Assembly: GCA_964016885.1 (NCBI GenBank)
Contig: OZ024744.1
Location: forward strand, 129,208,001-129,272,000
Origin: Eledone cirrhosa
Lineage: Eukaryota
Direction: 5' to 3'
DNA length: 64,000 nucleotides
A program made the position numbers and the translations under genes. Positions within the stretch are counted from its first letter, which is position 1. Each line of letters begins with the position of its first letter. Positions 60,101 to 64,000 of the stretch are shown piece after piece. The notes beneath the pieces are model-generated. The model searched no databases. It was given only the letters and a program-made list of their open reading frames with translations, and was not told the origin of the DNA.

Positions 60101-63100
60101 AGTTGGCGGTAAGTTAAGTTGGGGGTAAGTTAAGTTGGTGTTAAGTTATGTTGGGGTTAAGTTAAGTTGGGGTTAAGTTAAGTTGGGTTTAATTTAAGTT
60201 GGGGCTAAGTTAAGTTAGGGCTAAGTTAAGTTGGGGTTAAGTAAAGTTAGGGCTAAGTTAAGTTGGGGTTAAGTTAAGTTGGGGTTAAGTTAAGTTGGGT
60301 TTAAGTTAAGTTGGGGCTAAGTTAAGTTGGGGTTGAGTTAAGTTGGGGTTAAGTTAAGTTGGGGCTGAGTTAAGTTGGGGTTAAGTTAAGTTGGGGTTGA
60401 GTTAAGTTGGGGTTAAGTTAAGTTGGGGTTAAGTTAAGTTGGGGTTAAGTTAAGTTGGGGCTGAGTTAAGTTGGGATTACGTTAAGTTGGGGTTAAGGTA
60501 AGTTGGGGTTAAGTTAAGTTCGGGTTAAGTTAAGTTGGTGTTAAGTTAAGTTGGGGCTGAGTTAAGTTGGGGCTAAGTTAAGTTGGGTCTAAGTTAAGTT
60601 GGGGTTAAGTTAAGTTGGGGTTAAGTTAAGTTGGTGTTAAATTAAGTTGGGGTTAAGTTAAGTTGGTGTTAAGTTAAGTTGGGGTTAAGTTAAGTTGGGG
60701 TTAATTAAGTTGGGGTTAAGTTAAGTTGGGGTTAAGTTAATTGGGGTTAAATTAAGTTAGGGTTGAGTTAAGTTGGGGTTAAGTTAAGGTGGGGTTAAGT
60801 TAAGTTGGGGTCAACTTAAGTTGGGGTTAAGTTAAGTTGGGGTTAAGTTAAGTTGGGGTTAAGTTAAGTTGGGGTTAAGTTAAGTTGGGGTTACGTTAAG
60901 TTGGGGGTAAGTTAAGTTGGTGGTAAGTTAAGATGGGGTTAAGTTAAGTTGGGGTTAATTTAATTTGGGGTTAAGTTAAGTTAGGGTTAAGTTAAGTTGG
61001 AGTTATGTTAAGTTGGGGTTAAGTTAAGTTGGGGTTAAGTTAAGTTGGGGTTCAATTAAGTTGCGGTTAATTTAAGTTGGGTTTAAGTTAAGTTGGGGTT
61101 AAGTTAAGTTGGGGTTATGTTAAGTTGGTGTTAAGTTAAGTTGGGGTTAAGTTAAGTTGGGGTTAAGTTAAGTTGGGGTTAAGTTAGGTTGGTGTTAAGT
61201 TAAGTTGGCGGTAAGTTAAGTTGGGGGTAAGTTAAGTTGGGGTTAAGTTGGGGTTAAGTTAAGGTAGGGTTAACTTAAGTTGGGGTTGTGTTAAGTGGTG
61301 GTTATGTTAAGTGGTGGTTATATTAAGTTAGGGTTAAGTTAAGTTGGGATTAAGTTAAATTGGGGTTAAGTTAAGTTGAGGTTAAGTTAAGTTGGGGTTA
61401 AGTTAAGTTGGGGTTAAGTTAATTAGGGTTAAGTTAAGTTGGGGTTAAGTGAAGTTGGGGTTAAGTTAAGTTGGGGTTAAGTTAAGTTGGCGTTAAGTTA
61501 AGTCGGGGTTAAGTTAAGTTAGGGTTAAGTTAAGTTGGGGTTAATTTAAGTTGGGGTTAAGTTAAGTTGGGGTTAAGTTAAGTTGGGGTTAAGTTAAGTT
61601 GAGGTTAAAGTTAAGTAGGGGTTAAATTATGTTGGGGTTAAGTTAAGTTGGGCTTAAGTTAAGTTGGGGTTGAGTTAAGTTGGGGTTAAGTTCAGTTGGG
61701 GATAAGTTAAGTTGGGGTTAATTAAGTTGGGTTTAAGTTAAGTTGGGGTTAAGTTAAGTTGGGGTTAAATTAAGTTGGGGTTAAGTTAAGTTGGTTAGTT
61801 AAGTTGAGTTTAAGTTAAGTTGGGCTTAATTTAAGTTGGGGTTAAGTTAAGTTGGGGTTAAGTTAAGTTGGGGTTAAGTTAAGTTGGGGTTAAGTTAAGT
61901 TGGGGTTCAGTCAAGTTGGGGTTAAGTTAAGTTGGGGTTAAGTTGGGGTAAAATTAAGTTGGGGTTAAGTTAAGTTGGGGTTAAGTTAAGTTGGGGTTAA
62001 GTTAAGTTGGGGTTAAGTTAAGTTGCGGTTAAGTTAAGTTGAGGTTAAGTTAAGTTGGGGTTAAGTTAAGTTGGGGTTAATTTAAGTTGGGGCTAAGTTA
62101 AGTTGGGGCTAAGTTAAGTTGGGGCTAAGTTAAGTTGGGGTTAAGTTAACTTTGGGTTAAGTTAAGTTGGGTTTGAGTTAAGTTGGGGTTAATTAAGTTG
62201 GGGTTAAGTTAAGTTGGGGTTAAGTTAAGTTGGGGTTAAGTTAAGTTGGGGCTAAGTTAAGTTGCGGTTAAGTTAAGTTGATGTTAAGTTAAGTTGGGGT
62301 TAAGTTAAGTTGGGGTTAAGTTAAGTTGGGGCTAAGTTAAGTTGGGGCTAATTTAAGTTGGGGCTAAGTTAAGTTGGGGTTAAGTTAAGGTGGGGTTAAG
62401 TTAAGTTGGGGTCAACTTAAGTTGGGGTTAAGTTAAGTTGGGGTTAAGTTAAGTTGGGGTTAAGTTAAGTTGGGGTTAAGTTAAGTTGGGGTTACGTTAA
62501 GTTGGGGGTAAGTTAAGTTGGTGGTAAGTTAAGATGGGGTTAAGTTAAGTTGGGGTTAATTTAATTTGGGGTTAAGTTAAGTTAGGGTTAAGTTAAGTTG
62601 GGGTTATGTTAAGTTGGGGTTAAGTTAAGTTGGGGTTAAGTTAAGTTGGGGTTCAATTAAGTTGCGGTTAATTTAAGTTGGGTTTAAGTTAAGTTGGGGT
62701 TAAGTTAAGTTGGGGTTATGTTAAGTTGGTGTTAAGTTAAGTTGGGGTTAAGTTAAGTTGGGGTTAAGTTAAGTTGGGGTTAAGTTAGGTTGGTGTTAAG
62801 TTAAGTTGGCGGTAAGTTAAGTTGGGGGTAAGTTAAGTTGGTGTTAAGTTATGTTGGGGTTAAGTTAAGTTGGGGTTAAGTTAAGTTGGGTTTAAGTTAA
62901 GTTGGGGCTAAGTTAAGTTAGGGCTAAGTTAAGTTGGGGTTAAGTAAAGTTAGGGCTAAGTTAAGTTGGGGTTAAGTTAAGTTGGGGTTAATTTAAGTTG
63001 GGGTTACATTAAGTTGAGGTTAAGTTAAGTTGGGGTTAAGTTAAGTTGGGTTTAAGTTAAGTTGGGGCTAAGTTAAGTTAGGGCTAAGTTAAGTTGGGGC

Positions 63101-64000
63101 TGAGTTAAGTTGAGGTTAAGTTAAGTTGGGGTTGAGTTAAGTTGGGGTTAAGTTAAGTTGGGGTTAAGTTAAGTTGGGGTTAAGTTAAGTTGGGGCTGAG
63201 TTAAGTTGGGATTACGTTAAGTTGGGGTTAAGGTAAGTTGGGGTTAAGTTAAGTTCGGGTTAAGTTAAGTTGGTGTTAAGTTAAGTTGGGGCTGAGTTAA
63301 GTTGGGGCTAAGTTAAGTTGGGTCTAAGTTAAGTTGGGGTTAAGTTAAGTTGGGGTTAAGTTAAGTTGGTGTTAAATTAAGTTGGGGTTAAGTTAAGTTG
63401 GTGTTAAGTTAAGTTGGGGTTAAGTTAAGTTGGGGTTAATTAAGTTGGGCTTAAGTTAAGTTGGGGTTAAGTTAATTGGGGTTAAATTAAGTTAGGGTTG
63501 AGTTAAGTTGGGGTTAAGTTAAGGTGGGGTTAAGTTAAGTTGGGGTCAACTTAAGTTGGGGTTAAGTTAAGTTGGGGTTAAGTTAAGTTGGGGTTAAGTT
63601 AAGTTGGGGTTAAGTTAAGTTGGGGTTACGTTAAGTTGGGGGTAAGTTAAGTTGGTGGTAAGTTAAGATGGGGTTAAGTTAAGTTGGGGTTAATTTAATT
63701 TGGGGTTAAGTTAAGTTAGGGTTAAGTTAAGTTGGGGTTATGTTAAGTTGGGGTTAAGTTAAGTTGGGGTTAAGTTAAGTTGGGGTTCAATTAAGTTGGG
63801 GTTAAGTTAAGTTGGGGGTAAGATAAGTTGGGGTTAGTTAAGTTGGGGTTAAGTTAAGTTGGGGTTAAGTTAAGTTGGGGTTAAGTTAAGTTGGGGTTAA
63901 GTTAAGTTGGGGTTAAGTTAAGTTGGGGTTAAGTTAAGTTGGGGTTAAGTTAAGTTGGTGTTAAATTAAGTTGGGGTTAAGTTAAGTTGGTGTTAAGTTA
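51200..64000 (+). repeat. Distal HOR domain built from about 2.7-kb units
   Basis: Landmark gggattacg at 51679, 54382, 57004, 59691, 60473 and 63208. The full-unit offsets 2703, 2687 and 2735 differ by whole 16-bp monomers. Confidence 0.75.

Larger units (their letters stand above)
1..64000 (+). repeat. 16-bp tandem satellite array, consensus (TTAAGTTAAGTTGGGG)n, telomere-like, G-rich strand on +; extends beyond both window ends
   Basis: Every line reads as ttaag-ttaag-ttgggg or a 1-3 nt variant of it (e.g. perfect runs at 485-550 and 63850-63950). 64000/16 gives about 4,000 monomers. I saw no reverse-orientation (ccccaacttaacttaa) tract and no non-repeat segment. Confidence 0.99.

Noticed and set aside
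1-64000. Protein-coding ORFs on either strand
   Set aside because: TTAA gives TAA on both strands twice per monomer, and the 16-bp period rotates the frame, so all six frames meet stops within about 48 bp. Under a TAA=Gln code the product would be a low-complexity repeat disrupted by many indels, with no support for translation.
1-64000. CRISPR array or other repeat-spacer system
   Set aside because: There are no unique spacers: monomers abut directly and differ only by point changes. No leader or cas gene is present.
1-64000. Canonical telomerase-made terminal tract (TTAGGG, TTAGG or TTGGGG)n
   Set aside because: TTAGGG and TTAGG occur only as sporadic single variants and TTGGGG is not tandem. 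Kilobase-scale copying of variant order argues against direct telomerase synthesis of this segment.
1-64000. Variants as random sequencing error or a synthetic low-complexity artefact
   Set aside because: The same multi-variant haplotypes recur at precise offsets with nested, region-specific alleles, which random error would not produce. The exact HOR copy number could still be mis-assembled.
1-64000. Variant order as an information-bearing code or a diversity-generating cassette system
   Set aside because: The patterns are adequately explained by point mutation plus block duplication. No recombinase, reverse transcriptase or expression locus is present in the window.

Overview
The whole 64-kb window is one uninterrupted, single-orientation tandem array of a 16-bp G/T-rich monomer, consensus TTAAG-TTAAG-TTGGGG (about 4,000 copies; the consensus has no C on the + strand). 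I see no genes, RNA genes, transposon insertions, CRISPR spacers, inversions or unique sequence. The monomer looks telomere-like: it contains a TTGGGG hexamer plus two TTAAG pentamers, each one substitution from the arthropod TTAGG. However, rare substitutions and indels recur in fixed order as nested higher-order repeats (HORs) of about 0.1, 1.2, 1.35, 2.0-2.8, 3.0, 3.9-4.0 and 6.0-6.3 kb, with non-adjacent copies about 15.5-24 kb apart and region-specific alleles. This indicates a satellite amplified by recombination or replication-based copying (centromeric, subtelomeric or interstitial, probably eukaryotic) rather than a freshly telomerase-synthesised tract. All offsets were read by eye from landmark variants, so block boundaries are approximate. 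The organism and chromosomal location cannot be determined from this window.
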